A DNA stretch of 64,000 nt, from NCBI GenBank assembly GCA_903825645.1, contig CAIKBL010000042.1, forward strand, positions 117,289-181,288. The letters run 5' to 3'. How positions within the stretch are numbered: the first letter of the stretch is position 1; each line of letters begins with the position of its first letter. Position numbers and translations under genes: made by a program. The notes beneath the pieces were generated by a model. The model was given only the letters and a program-made list of their open reading frames with translations. It was not told where the DNA came from and made no database searches. This document shows positions 38,550-47,602 of this stretch, one piece after another. The DNA comes from an uncultured Pseudomonadota bacterium. GTDB taxonomy: Bacteria; Pseudomonadota; Gammaproteobacteria; Ga0077536.

Positions 38550-39431
38550 TTGGGTGTGCTCGCGGGTAAACGGGTGGTCATCACAGGCTCATCGCGCGGT
38601 CTCGGTCGAGCCTTTGCCGTCGAGATGGCAAAAGAAGGCGCCATGCTGGTCGTGAACGGCACCCAGGCGGACGCGCTCGCGGAGACGGTCGCGCAGATTG
38701 ACGCGAGTGGGGGTCGCGCCGTCGCCGTACTCGGCTCAGTTGCGGACGCAACACTCTGCACACGACTCGTACAAACCGCCGTCGATACGTACGGTGGTAT
38801 TGATGTCCTCAGCAATAACGCTGGCGTGGTGCGAGATCGCACCCTTTTCAAGATGACCGAGGCGGAATTCGACGAGGTGATCGCGGTCCATTTACGCGGC
38901 CCCTGGGCGTGCGGCAAGCAGGCCGCGATCGCAATGCGCGCGCAGGGCGGCGGCCATATCATCAACGTGATTTCGAACTCAGGCCTCAGCGGAGGCTTCG
39001 GGCAGAGCAATTATGCGGCCGCTAAAGCCGGCATGATGGGCCTGCAACGTACCTGGCTTCTGGAATTGTCCCGCGTTGGGATCCACTGCAATGCCTTCTG
39101 GCCGGTGGCGCAAACCGAGATGACCCAGATCATCTTCGACCGCGCAGCCCGGGACGCGAGTCTGCAAGGCGCGCCACCACCGACGCCCGTCGACATGGGC
39201 TTCGGCACCGCGGCGGAAGTGGCGCAAGGCATGATCTGGCTGGCGAGTGACGCGGCCAATCATTTCAACGGACAGTGCATCACGTTTAACGGTCGCAAGA
39301 CCGCCCTGTGGACTCATCCCGAAGAGTCCCAGATAGCCGTGCGTCCGAACGCATGGACACATGCGGCGTTAGCGGCCCACTACGCCAACATAACCCCACT
39401 GCGGCAACCTCAAGCGCGGCTCGCGGACTAA
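38550..39431 (+). CDS. SDR family oxidoreductase
   Basis: TGSSRGLG, NNAG, FGQSNYAAAKAG; probable TTG start after GGAG. Confidence 0.9.
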   Translation: MGVLAGKRVVITGSSRGLGRAFAVEMAKEGAMLVVNGTQADALAETVAQIDASGGRAVAVLGSVADATLCTRLVQTAVDTYGGIDVLSNNAGVVRDRTLFKMTEAEFDEVIAVHLRGPWACGKQAAIAMRAQGGGHIINVISNSGLSGGFGQSNYAAAKAGMMGLQRTWLLELSRVGIHCNAFWPVAQTEMTQIIFDRAARDASLQGAPPPTPVDMGFGTAAEVAQGMIWLASDAANHFNGQCITFNGRKTALWTHPEESQIAVRPNAWTHAALAAHYANITPLRQPQARLAD

Positions 39432-39459
39432 CGGTCGCGCGATCTACCCGGAGTCTTTC

Positions 39460-40212
39460 ATGCAAAACCCTCGCATCCTACTCATCACCGGCGGTAGCCG
39501 CGGCATTGGCGCCGCTACCGTGCGACGCGCCGCAGCCGCAGGTTATACGGTCCTTTTCAGTTACGTGCGTGCTGGCGCTGCCGCCGAAACGCTTTGCCAG
39601 GAGATCGCCGCGGCCGGCGGCAGTGCCTATGCGGTTCAGGCCGACATGACGGTGGAGGCCGAAATCCTACGGCTGTTCGAGACCATCGATACGCGCTACG
39701 GGCCGCTGTGCGCGCTGGTCAACAATGCGGGCATTGCCGAGCGCCAGATCCGGGTAGACGAAATGGACGCAGCCCGCCTGACGCGGGTCTTTGCCACCAA
39801 TGTCATCGGTCCGTTCCTGTGCGCACGCGAGGCGGTCAAACGGATGTCGACGCGGCACGGGGGTAACGGTGGTGCCATTGTGAATGTCTCTTCGGCCGCC
39901 GCCCGGCTCGGCTCGCCGGGGGAATATGTCGACTACGCCGCCTCCAAAGGTGCACTTGATACGTTCACGACCGGGCTCGCCAAAGAGGTCGCGACAGAGG
40001 GGATCCGCGTCAACGCGGTACGACCGGGGCTCATTTACACCGAAATCCACGCGAGCTACGGCGATCCGGGGCGAGTCGATCGTGTCCGCGTCAGTGTCCC
40101 CATGCAGCGCGGCGGCACCGCCGAGGAAGTTGCTGAGGCCATTATCTGGCTGCTCGGGGAGCAGGCGTCCTATTGTGTCGGTAATTTTATCGACGTCTCG
40201 GGCGGACGCTAA
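39460..40212 (+). CDS. SDR family oxidoreductase
   Basis: TGGSRGIG, NNAG, YVDYAASKG, IDVSGGR. Confidence 0.93.
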   Translation: MQNPRILLITGGSRGIGAATVRRAAAAGYTVLFSYVRAGAAAETLCQEIAAAGGSAYAVQADMTVEAEILRLFETIDTRYGPLCALVNNAGIAERQIRVDEMDAARLTRVFATNVIGPFLCAREAVKRMSTRHGGNGGAIVNVSSAAARLGSPGEYVDYAASKGALDTFTTGLAKEVATEGIRVNAVRPGLIYTEIHASYGDPGRVDRVRVSVPMQRGGTAEEVAEAIIWLLGEQASYCVGNFIDVSGGR

Positions 40213-40309
40213 AGGGGATCCGCCGTCGTGCCCTATCGCCTTGAGGCCACCCTCGTCTTCGGTGAGCTTTGCGTCTACAGTCGAGCCTCGACTATCCGGA
40301 TCGGGTGCC

Positions 40310-41563
40310 ATGACGACTGATGAGAAACTGAATGATCCCGCGTTCTTCGCGACCAACGAACACTATGCACTGTTCGATCACCTGCGCCAGCATGATCCGG
40401 TCCGCTGGACGGAGAGTCCAGATGGTCGGGGCTACTGGTCAGTGTTTCGACACGCGGACATCAAACACATCTTGAATGAGCCCGCGTTGTTCAGCTCTGA
40501 GCGCGGCGGGGTCATGCCGGTAATCGATGACGCCATGGGCGCAATCGCCCTAGAGGCGATGGGTGTCGGCGAAAATGTCCTGACCATCGACCCGCCTCGC
40601 CACGGCGAGATCCGGAAGGTCATGGCAGCGCCCTTCCTCCCGAAAGCCCTCGCGGACGGGGAAGCCCGCACTAAAACACTCATTGGTGAAATTTTCGATC
40701 AGTTACCCGCACATGGCGAGATCGATCTCGTCAGCGAGCTCGCCGTGCAGATCCCGATGGCCGTGATTTGTGACATTCTTAAATTGCCACGTGAAGACTG
40801 GGCCGCCCTCCTTGGCTGGGGCAAGATGGCTATTGGTGGCACCGATCCGGAATATCAGCAGGGCTCTGCCGCCGAGACGGTGAGCGGTGGCTTTCGCCAG
40901 CTTTATGAGTATAGCCTGCAGCGCTCTAGCGAACGCCGCGGTTGTCCCTTCTCCGATCCCCTGACGGCACTGGTCAACGCGACCGTCAACGCGCAACCGC
41001 TCACACCCTCGCAGATAGCCCACAACGGGGTGCAACTGATGTTGGCCGGTTTTGAAACCACCCGGAATGCTTTCTCCGGGGGCGTACTCGCGTTACTTCA
41101 ACATCCGGACCAGATGGCCCTGCTGCGAGCAGATCCCAAAGGTCTGCGTCTGGCCGTGGAAGAAATCGTGCGCTGGTCCGATCCCGTCATTTCATTGATG
41201 CGCATCGCCACCGCGGACACGGTCATCGGCCAGCAATCGGTGCGGGCGGGCGATCGCGTCCTGCTGTGGTTTCCCTCTGCCAACCGTGATGCCGACGTGT
41301 TTGAAAAGCCTTATACCTTTGATGTCACGCGTCACCCCAACCTGCATCTCGGCTTCGGGGCAGGTCCACACTTCTGTCTCGGTGGATCACTCGCTAAAAT
41401 CGAAATCCGGCTGGCGATGGAAGCGCTGATGGAGCGCTACGATGGGATCGAAATCATCGGCGAGGTATCGCGTGTGCAATCAAGCTTTGTCGGTGGCCTC
41501 AAACATCTGCCCGTCAAACTGATCCCGCACGCCGGCGGGCGGCGAAAAGCGATCGCCAGCTGA
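40310..41563 (+). CDS. cytochrome P450 (paralog of 5106-6338)
   Basis: HLGFGAGPHFCLG, EEIVR, AGFETT; ATG at 40310. Confidence 0.95.
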   Translation: MTTDEKLNDPAFFATNEHYALFDHLRQHDPVRWTESPDGRGYWSVFRHADIKHILNEPALFSSERGGVMPVIDDAMGAIALEAMGVGENVLTIDPPRHGEIRKVMAAPFLPKALADGEARTKTLIGEIFDQLPAHGEIDLVSELAVQIPMAVICDILKLPREDWAALLGWGKMAIGGTDPEYQQGSAAETVSGGFRQLYEYSLQRSSERRGCPFSDPLTALVNATVNAQPLTPSQIAHNGVQLMLAGFETTRNAFSGGVLALLQHPDQMALLRADPKGLRLAVEEIVRWSDPVISLMRIATADTVIGQQSVRAGDRVLLWFPSANRDADVFEKPYTFDVTRHPNLHLGFGAGPHFCLGGSLAKIEIRLAMEALMERYDGIEIIGEVSRVQSSFVGGLKHLPVKLIPHAGGRRKAIAS

Positions 41564-41860
41564 TCAGCCCGCTCATCCATTAAGCTGAGCTTTACAATAC
41601 CCCACCGGGAATGGCTAGCGGGGCTGCGGGGATCTCGTCAGGGGCCTTGGACTCGTGCATTCATTTTGGCGTGCACTGGCCCGTTCAGACACGTGCAGAT
41701 GGAAAGCCCGCGTTGAATCCCGTGAGAGTTAAATACGAGTCGGTACACGTTAAAATCTGTCTTGGTCTTGACAGCGTCGTGCCGAGAGGTTCACTTCCGG
41801 ACGTTCGCCTGGCGGATCCCCTTTCAAGTGTTTGAGAAACATCAGCGTGGAAACTAAATT

Positions 41861-42388
41861 ATGACCAACGGCCTGCCAGGATTTTCCCATATCGATCATG
41901 TCGGACTCACCGTGCCCGACCTTGATGCCGCCGCGCGTTTCTACTGCGAGATTATCGGTGGACACGAGCTCTATCGCATGGGCCCCTTCGATGCTGCGGA
42001 AATGCCGCGGATGGCAGATGGGCGTGACTGGGCCGAAGCCCATGTCAACGTCGCGGATGCCCGACTGACCATCGTCATGCTACAGATCGGGCCCCACTTG
42101 ATGCTCGAACTCTTCCATTACGAACGACCCGAAAACGCGCGCACAACACCGCCGCGCAATTGTGATTGGGGTGGACATCACATCGCGTTCAAGGTCACCG
42201 ATCTCGAGATTGCCAAGACCTATCTCGCCGCAAACGGCTGCAGGGTCATGGCCGGCCCTATCGTGCTCGAACAGGGACCTTGCGCACCCATGCGCGTCAA
42301 TTACGTGCTCGATCCTTGGGGCAACCAGCTCGAGTTGGTGGAATATCTCACGCAGCGGCTCGACCCTACGGCGCCCGCCAAGAGCTAA
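41861..42388 (+). CDS. VOC (glyoxalase-like) family protein
   Basis: IDHVGLTVPDL, LELFHY, HHIAFKV, DPWGNQLELVE. Confidence 0.9.
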   Translation: MTNGLPGFSHIDHVGLTVPDLDAAARFYCEIIGGHELYRMGPFDAAEMPRMADGRDWAEAHVNVADARLTIVMLQIGPHLMLELFHYERPENARTTPPRNCDWGGHHIAFKVTDLEIAKTYLAANGCRVMAGPIVLEQGPCAPMRVNYVLDPWGNQLELVEYLTQRLDPTAPAKS

Positions 42389-42550
42389 CGGCGCTGCATT
42401 CACGCCGTGCGGAGCTTAGCGTGACATGCGCACTTGCGGCGGCGCACGGAACGTCTGGCACGCGGGATCACGCGTCGTCCAAGATCTCAACCTTCATTCA
42501 GGACGGGCCAGACCGCTTCCACACGCGCGCGGCCGCGGCGCGCGACGAAG

Positions 42551-43246
42551 TTAACCATCCCACTGGTCCCAGTAGGTCACGGTCTCCAGCGGGAGGCGAA
42601 CGGCCGGTTTGAGATCACCACCGGTCAACCAGGCCACTGGCAGCAACGCGGCTTGCGTAAAATCAGCCGGGATCCCGAGCATCTCGCTGATTTCACGTTC
42701 GTAGAGCAGGTGCAACGTTGTCCAGGCGGACGCAATTCTCCGTGCCCGCAGCGCGAGCATGAGGGACCAGGTCGCGGGCAGGATAGAGCCCCACATTGAA
42801 GCCTGGGTAAACACATCGTCCTGCTCGAAACGACCCTCGATACACGGAATAATCATAACCGGCACGCGCTGGAGGTTTTCCATCAGGAAACCACCCGACT
42901 TCATCATCGCCTCGCGCTGCTGCTGACGCAGATCGCTCGAGGCATATTCGCGCATCATCGTCACGCCAGTGCGTGAAAGGCCGGTCTTACCGCCGACATA
43001 CGCCTCGGCGGCGAGACGATAATAATCCGCGATTTTCGCCCGTTTTACGGGATCAGTGATCACCATGAACCGCCAAGTCTGGGTATTCGCACCGGTAGGC
43101 GCCTGGAGCGCGATATCAAGCGCTTCGCGGATGAGCGTGGCAGGGACCGGCCGATCGAGATCGAGTCGACGGCGCACACTGCGGGTGGTTTTCAGAACGT
43201 GATCGACGCTGGCCAGGTCGAACGTGGCGGGCGGTGGCGTTGTCAT
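42551..43246 (-). CDS. nitroreductase family protein (Rv3368c-like)
   Basis: TTRSVRRRLDLDRPV, QAPTGANTQTW, WSLMLALRAR, WTTLHL. Confidence 0.88.
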   Translation of the reverse strand: MTTPPPATFDLASVDHVLKTTRSVRRRLDLDRPVPATLIREALDIALQAPTGANTQTWRFMVITDPVKRAKIADYYRLAAEAYVGGKTGLSRTGVTMMREYASSDLRQQQREAMMKSGGFLMENLQRVPVMIIPCIEGRFEQDDVFTQASMWGSILPATWSLMLALRARRIASAWTTLHLLYEREISEMLGIPADFTQAALLPVAWLTGGDLKPAVRLPLETVTYWDQWDG

Positions 43247-43295
43247 AGGGTAATCGTCCTTGCGTAGAGAGCGGGGCGCGCGATGACAGGCGCTG

Positions 43296-43784
43296 TCAGG
43301 TTTCCCAGGTGGGTGCATTGGTGTGCTCCCACAGCTGAATCATGTTGCCTTCGGTGTCGTAGAAGAGGAACGAGCGACCAATGCTCGCGCACGGCCACAC
43401 GTACTCGGTCTGCGTCTGGTATCCGGCTTCCCGGACCTTCGTAAACCAACCATCGATATCTTTCACCACCAAGCCCAGTTCGTGGAAGCCGGTGTGGCCA
43501 TAGCGCAGATTCTCGGGCGGCGTTTTCTGGATGTTTGGCATTTCGCATTGCTGTAGCTCAATGAGCGCGCCTTCATCAGACGCCAGCAACACCATCTTGG
43601 AGCGGGCGCCCTTCACCTTGAAGATGTCATCAAGCAGTTCGGGGTACATGAACACCTTGGGCCCGGGCGCAGGACCGTCCGGGATCACGTTGTCCACCAC
43701 CACCTTGAACCCGAGGACATCCCGCCACAACCGGACGGCTTCGGTCATGTCGCTAACAAAAATCGCCATGTGATGAAAATTCAT
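43296..43784 (-). CDS. VOC family protein
   Basis: FHHMAIFVSDM...DVLGF, IELQQ, FYDTEGNMIQLWE. Confidence 0.85.
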   Translation of the reverse strand: MNFHHMAIFVSDMTEAVRLWRDVLGFKVVVDNVIPDGPAPGPKVFMYPELLDDIFKVKGARSKMVLLASDEGALIELQQCEMPNIQKTPPENLRYGHTGFHELGLVVKDIDGWFTKVREAGYQTQTEYVWPCASIGRSFLFYDTEGNMIQLWEHTNAPTWET

Positions 43785-43818
43785 GTCAGATCCCCCGGGT
43801 TTACGCGACTAAAACGAC

Positions 43819-44733
43819 TCAGGCGAGGCCAAGGTGCGGTTTCACCCACGCCGCGAGTTTCGCAATCGCGTCATCAGCTTCAGGTGCCCGACCTGCCATG
43901 AACTGGAAGACGTGCTGCATTTCAGGGTAGACATCACAGTGGCAGTCCACGCCGGCCGCTTTGGCGCGTTCGGTAAAGCGCAGCGAATCATCCAGCAGTG
44001 CCTCATACCCGCCGACCTGAATGTAAATGGGGGGCAGGCCTTTGCAGTCCGCGTACAGGGGATTGACGAGCGGATCTTTGGGCGACGTCTTGCCGATGTA
44101 CATCTGGACCATGCTGCCGGAGACCGCCGGCGTGACCAGTCGATCGACCTTAGCGTTGGTCGTCATGCTGGCCCCGAGCCCTTCCATGTCGTACCACGGG
44201 GACATCGGCATCAGGGCGGCCGGGAGCGGCAGTTTTTTGTCGCGGGCAGCCAGGACTACCGCCGTGCACAGATTGCCGCCGGCGGAATCGCCCACGGTCG
44301 CAATGTGTGCGGGCTTGATACCCTGTCCGAGCAGCCATTCGTAGGCCTTGAGACAATCACTCACCTGGGTCGGATGTTGTTGCTCCGGCGCGCGGCCGTA
44401 GTCGACGATCAGCGCCCGGCAACCCACCTGCTTAGCAATGTGGGCAAACAGCTTGCGATGGGTAAAACGATCGCCGGTGACACAGCCACCGCCGTGCGCG
44501 GACAGCAGCACGCGATCTTCGCGACACCCTTTGGGCACCGCCCACAGACACGGGATCCCGTCGGCGTCCGCTTCCAGGTAATCCACCCCACCCGGCTCGG
44601 CCGCCAGATCTCCACACTGGCCGAACAGATCGCGCAGAGTGTCGAGCGACATCCCCGGGTCTGCCGTCATGGCGGTAATAAAACTGTCGAACAGGCGATC
44701 AATCGCGGCGGCTTGTGGACTGGCCATGGTCAT
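43819..44733 (-). CDS. alpha/beta hydrolase (HSL family esterase)
   Basis: HGGG oxyanion motif, GDSAGG, EALLDD, MQHVF. Confidence 0.92.
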   Translation of the reverse strand: MTMASPQAAAIDRLFDSFITAMTADPGMSLDTLRDLFGQCGDLAAEPGGVDYLEADADGIPCLWAVPKGCREDRVLLSAHGGGCVTGDRFTHRKLFAHIAKQVGCRALIVDYGRAPEQQHPTQVSDCLKAYEWLLGQGIKPAHIATVGDSAGGNLCTAVVLAARDKKLPLPAALMPMSPWYDMEGLGASMTTNAKVDRLVTPAVSGSMVQMYIGKTSPKDPLVNPLYADCKGLPPIYIQVGGYEALLDDSLRFTERAKAAGVDCHCDVYPEMQHVFQFMAGRAPEADDAIAKLAAWVKPHLGLA

Positions 44734-44869
44734 CTCCCCTCAAATGGTTGGAATAGTCAATTCAGTGGCCGGACTATACGGGGTGTGCACTGCGATGGAG
44801 AAGCACCCGACGCCCTATTTTCGATGCTCGACACTCAACTTTGGCCCGGCACTGCCGCTCCCTTGCAGC

Positions 44870-46135
44870 ATGAAACTCCTGCTCATCGATACCTCCCGCA
44901 CCTTCATGGCCGCCACCCGGCGGGCCTTGGCGGCCGGTATGCCTACACTCGAGATCACCGAATACGACGCTGAGCAGCAGGGTCCGCCGGGCGCTGATTT
45001 CCGCTGGCACGTCTATGGGGCCGCGCTCTTGAGCCATGAACTGGGCGCCGGTCAGACTGGGCTGCAATGGCTGCAGCGCTACCGCGGGGTAGCCGGGTTT
45101 CCGCCCGTGATCTTGTATGCCGCAAGCGGAGATGAATATTTGGCGGTGGCCGCCGTCAAGGCCGGCGCCGAAGATTATCTGCGGCGAGCGGATGTCCCGA
45201 GTGCGCGAACCCTCGAACGCCTGCGGGCCCTAGAAACGCGCCCCAGCGCTGGCGAGCCCTCCCTGCGGCTCGATCATTTCGCGCGCGAAGTGCTCGACTT
45301 CCCGATCGCCCCGGAGGGCCCGGCGATCGAAGCGTCGCCGCATCGTTTCGTGCGACTCATCGGCCAGGGGGGATTCGCCAGTGTCTACCTCGCAGAGCGG
45401 ACGCACGACCGCACCCCGATCGTGCTCAAGATCATCAACACCCAGGAAATACAGGAGCCGGCAGTTGTTCAGCGCTTTATGCGCGAAGCGACTATCGTGG
45501 CCGGCATTGACCATCCTCAAGTGGTCAAAATCTACGAGCAGGGATTCACGCCGGAGTACGGCTTCATCGCCATGGAGTTTTTCCAGCGCGGCGATTTGAA
45601 ACAACGGATGGAGCGCGGCCTGCCCACCGCGCTCGCGGTGGCCTACATGCGTTCGATTGCACTCGGCCTGCGCGCGATCCACGCTCAGCAGATTGTGCAT
45701 CGCGATCTCAAACCCGGGAACATCATGTTCCGCGCGGATGATAGTCTCGCCTTGGCCGATTTCGGTATCTCGAAGCGCCTGGATGATCCCTTGGATCTCA
45801 CCACCCGCTCCGGTCTCATCGGGACGCCGAGTTATTTGAGCCCGGAGCAGGCGCTTGGCGCGCCGACCGATCAGCGCAGCGATCTCTATAGCGCCGGAGT
45901 GATTTTCTACGAGTTACTGACGGGACAAAAACCCTTCCGGGCGGAATCCGCTGCGGCCCTCGTCTATCAGCACGTCCATGCCACACCGCCACGCCTGCCG
46001 GCCACGCTCGCGCCGATTCAGCCGGTGCTGGATCTGCTGCTGGCCAAAGATCCCGCCGATCGCTTCCACTCAGCGGACGAACTGCTCAGCGGTCTCGACG
46101 ACTGGCTGACGCCCGCTTTCCGCCGCGCCGCCTAA
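44870..46135 (+). CDS. Ser/Thr protein kinase with N-terminal atypical receiver domain
   Basis: GQGGFASVY, VLK, HRDLKPGN, DFG, GTPSYLSPE, DLYSAG; REC-like N-terminus ending AVKAGAEDYL. Confidence 0.88.
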   Translation: MKLLLIDTSRTFMAATRRALAAGMPTLEITEYDAEQQGPPGADFRWHVYGAALLSHELGAGQTGLQWLQRYRGVAGFPPVILYAASGDEYLAVAAVKAGAEDYLRRADVPSARTLERLRALETRPSAGEPSLRLDHFAREVLDFPIAPEGPAIEASPHRFVRLIGQGGFASVYLAERTHDRTPIVLKIINTQEIQEPAVVQRFMREATIVAGIDHPQVVKIYEQGFTPEYGFIAMEFFQRGDLKQRMERGLPTALAVAYMRSIALGLRAIHAQQIVHRDLKPGNIMFRADDSLALADFGISKRLDDPLDLTTRSGLIGTPSYLSPEQALGAPTDQRSDLYSAGVIFYELLTGQKPFRAESAAALVYQHVHATPPRLPATLAPIQPVLDLLLAKDPADRFHSADELLSGLDDWLTPAFRRAA

Positions 46136-46142
46136 CGCGCGC

Positions 46143-47189
46143 TCAGTAGCCGAGATCGCGCGCCGCGCGTGCCAGCACAACGGGCACCGACCAGGCGGTC
46201 CGCGCGAGGCGGATATCCTGGCTGCGACCGCTGGCATAAAGGCCCGAAGCACTCATCCAGAACGCCACCGAGCGCATCGCATAGAGCGCGTTGTAGTAGC
46301 GGCAGGCCGCTTCATCAATGGCAAAACCGGTCGCGGCTTCGTAATCCTTGAAAAAGGCGTCACGGGCGACCAGATTCGAGAGCAAGGGCGTGCCTTCGCG
46401 GTTCAAGTCACTGAGGACGTAAGCCACGTCATACATCGGATCGCCAATGACCTGCAGCTCCCAGTCAAGCACCGCGGAGACGCGATCTTCATGGATAAGG
46501 AGGTTGCCGGTGCGGTAGGCCCCATGCACCAGGGTGAGACGGTCGGTCGCCGGGATATGGGTCTCCAACCAGCCGATGAGATCGGTGAGGATAGGCTCCG
46601 GCGGGGCCTCTGAAAGCGCGATAAGTGCGCGCCACTTGGCGATCTCCCGCCGCGTAAAATCTTCTCCGTTGGCCGGCACGCCCAGAAAATCGAGCCCCGC
46701 CGCGCGCCAGTCAAGGGTATGCAATGTCGCCAAGGTCCCGGTAAAACTGGTCGGCAAGATCGCACGATCCGCAGCCGCCTGATAAAACGCCCGACCCTCA
46801 CGCCCCCAGGGACTTGGGCAGGTTCCCGGGACCTTCTCCATCACCAGGAAAGGCGCGTCCAGAATCGCCGGATCCGCTTCGAACCAATACGCCTTAGGGG
46901 TTGGCAGCGCGGTACTTTCTAGACATTTGAGCACACGGAACTGCTCTTCCAGCGAGGACAGATGGCGCAGCAACGCGTTACCCGGATCGCGCCGCAGACA
47001 GAGTCCGCGCGTGCATGCGGTCCCGGCTTCGCGATACGTGAGATCGAACAACCAGGTTTCGTGCGACCAACCGACGGCAATCCGTTGGACGTCGTGTAGC
47101 GCCAGCGCGCTGGCCTGCGGCATCTGGCGTTTCAAGTAATCGAGAATGCGCGACTGCAGCACTTCGGTGCTATCGGTGGAGCGGCTCAC
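46143..47189 (-). CDS. phosphotransferase family protein (APH / LvaA / ACAD10-kinase-like)
   Basis: GWSHETW, LRRDP, PFLVMEKVPG, LVHGAYRTGN, VLDWEL, GDPMYD. Confidence 0.88.
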   Translation of the reverse strand: MSRSTDSTEVLQSRILDYLKRQMPQASALALHDVQRIAVGWSHETWLFDLTYREAGTACTRGLCLRRDPGNALLRHLSSLEEQFRVLKCLESTALPTPKAYWFEADPAILDAPFLVMEKVPGTCPSPWGREGRAFYQAAADRAILPTSFTGTLATLHTLDWRAAGLDFLGVPANGEDFTRREIAKWRALIALSEAPPEPILTDLIGWLETHIPATDRLTLVHGAYRTGNLLIHEDRVSAVLDWELQVIGDPMYDVAYVLSDLNREGTPLLSNLVARDAFFKDYEAATGFAIDEAACRYYNALYAMRSVAFWMSASGLYASGRSQDIRLARTAWSVPVVLARAARDLGY

Positions 47190-47602
47190 GCGGCGTACTC
47201 CATGCGCCGGTCGAGGGACCCCCGAAGCGTTTGTCGCACCCGACCGAGCACCTGAGTGAAGCGGACTTCGCCGAGCGCCTCACGGCCCGCATACAGGGCA
47301 GCGATGAAGTGACTCAGGGCGGCCGCGTCGCGGCTTTGCGTCAGCCGTGCGCGTGCGGCATTGACGTCTGCGACCGGTGCACCCGTCGACAACAGCGGCT
47401 CGAGATCCTGCAAGAGCGCATCAAGCGCGACCGTCTCGGCCGCCGTATGGACATCGCTCAGCGCGAGTTGCTGACCGAGCTTCTGCAACACCACACCGGC
47501 CATGAACGCCTGCGTTTTCGGATATTCGGCCTCAATGGCCGGCCCGATCTCCTGACGGAGCGTGCTGGCGATACGTTGCAGGAGTTCACCTTCTGTCATC
47601 AC
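47186..47602 (-). CDS. small helical protein, LvaB/DUF6285-like
   Basis: ELLQRIASTLRQEIGPAI...AFMAGVVL pattern; overlaps both neighbours by 4 nt. Confidence 0.6.
   Translation of the reverse strand: MMTEGELLQRIASTLRQEIGPAIEAEYPKTQAFMAGVVLQKLGQQLALSDVHTAAETVALDALLQDLEPLLSTGAPVADVNAARARLTQSRDAAALSHFIAALYAGREALGEVRFTQVLGRVRQTLRGSLDRRMEYAA

Noticed and set aside
46143-47189. Aminoglycoside resistance kinase
   Set aside because: Length, motifs and the acyl-CoA operon context fit the LvaA/ACAD10-type branch, and the catalytic Asp is missing.
44870-47189. Functional link between the two adjacent kinase-fold genes
   Set aside because: They are convergent, belong to different families (Hanks versus APH) and share no visible regulatory element.
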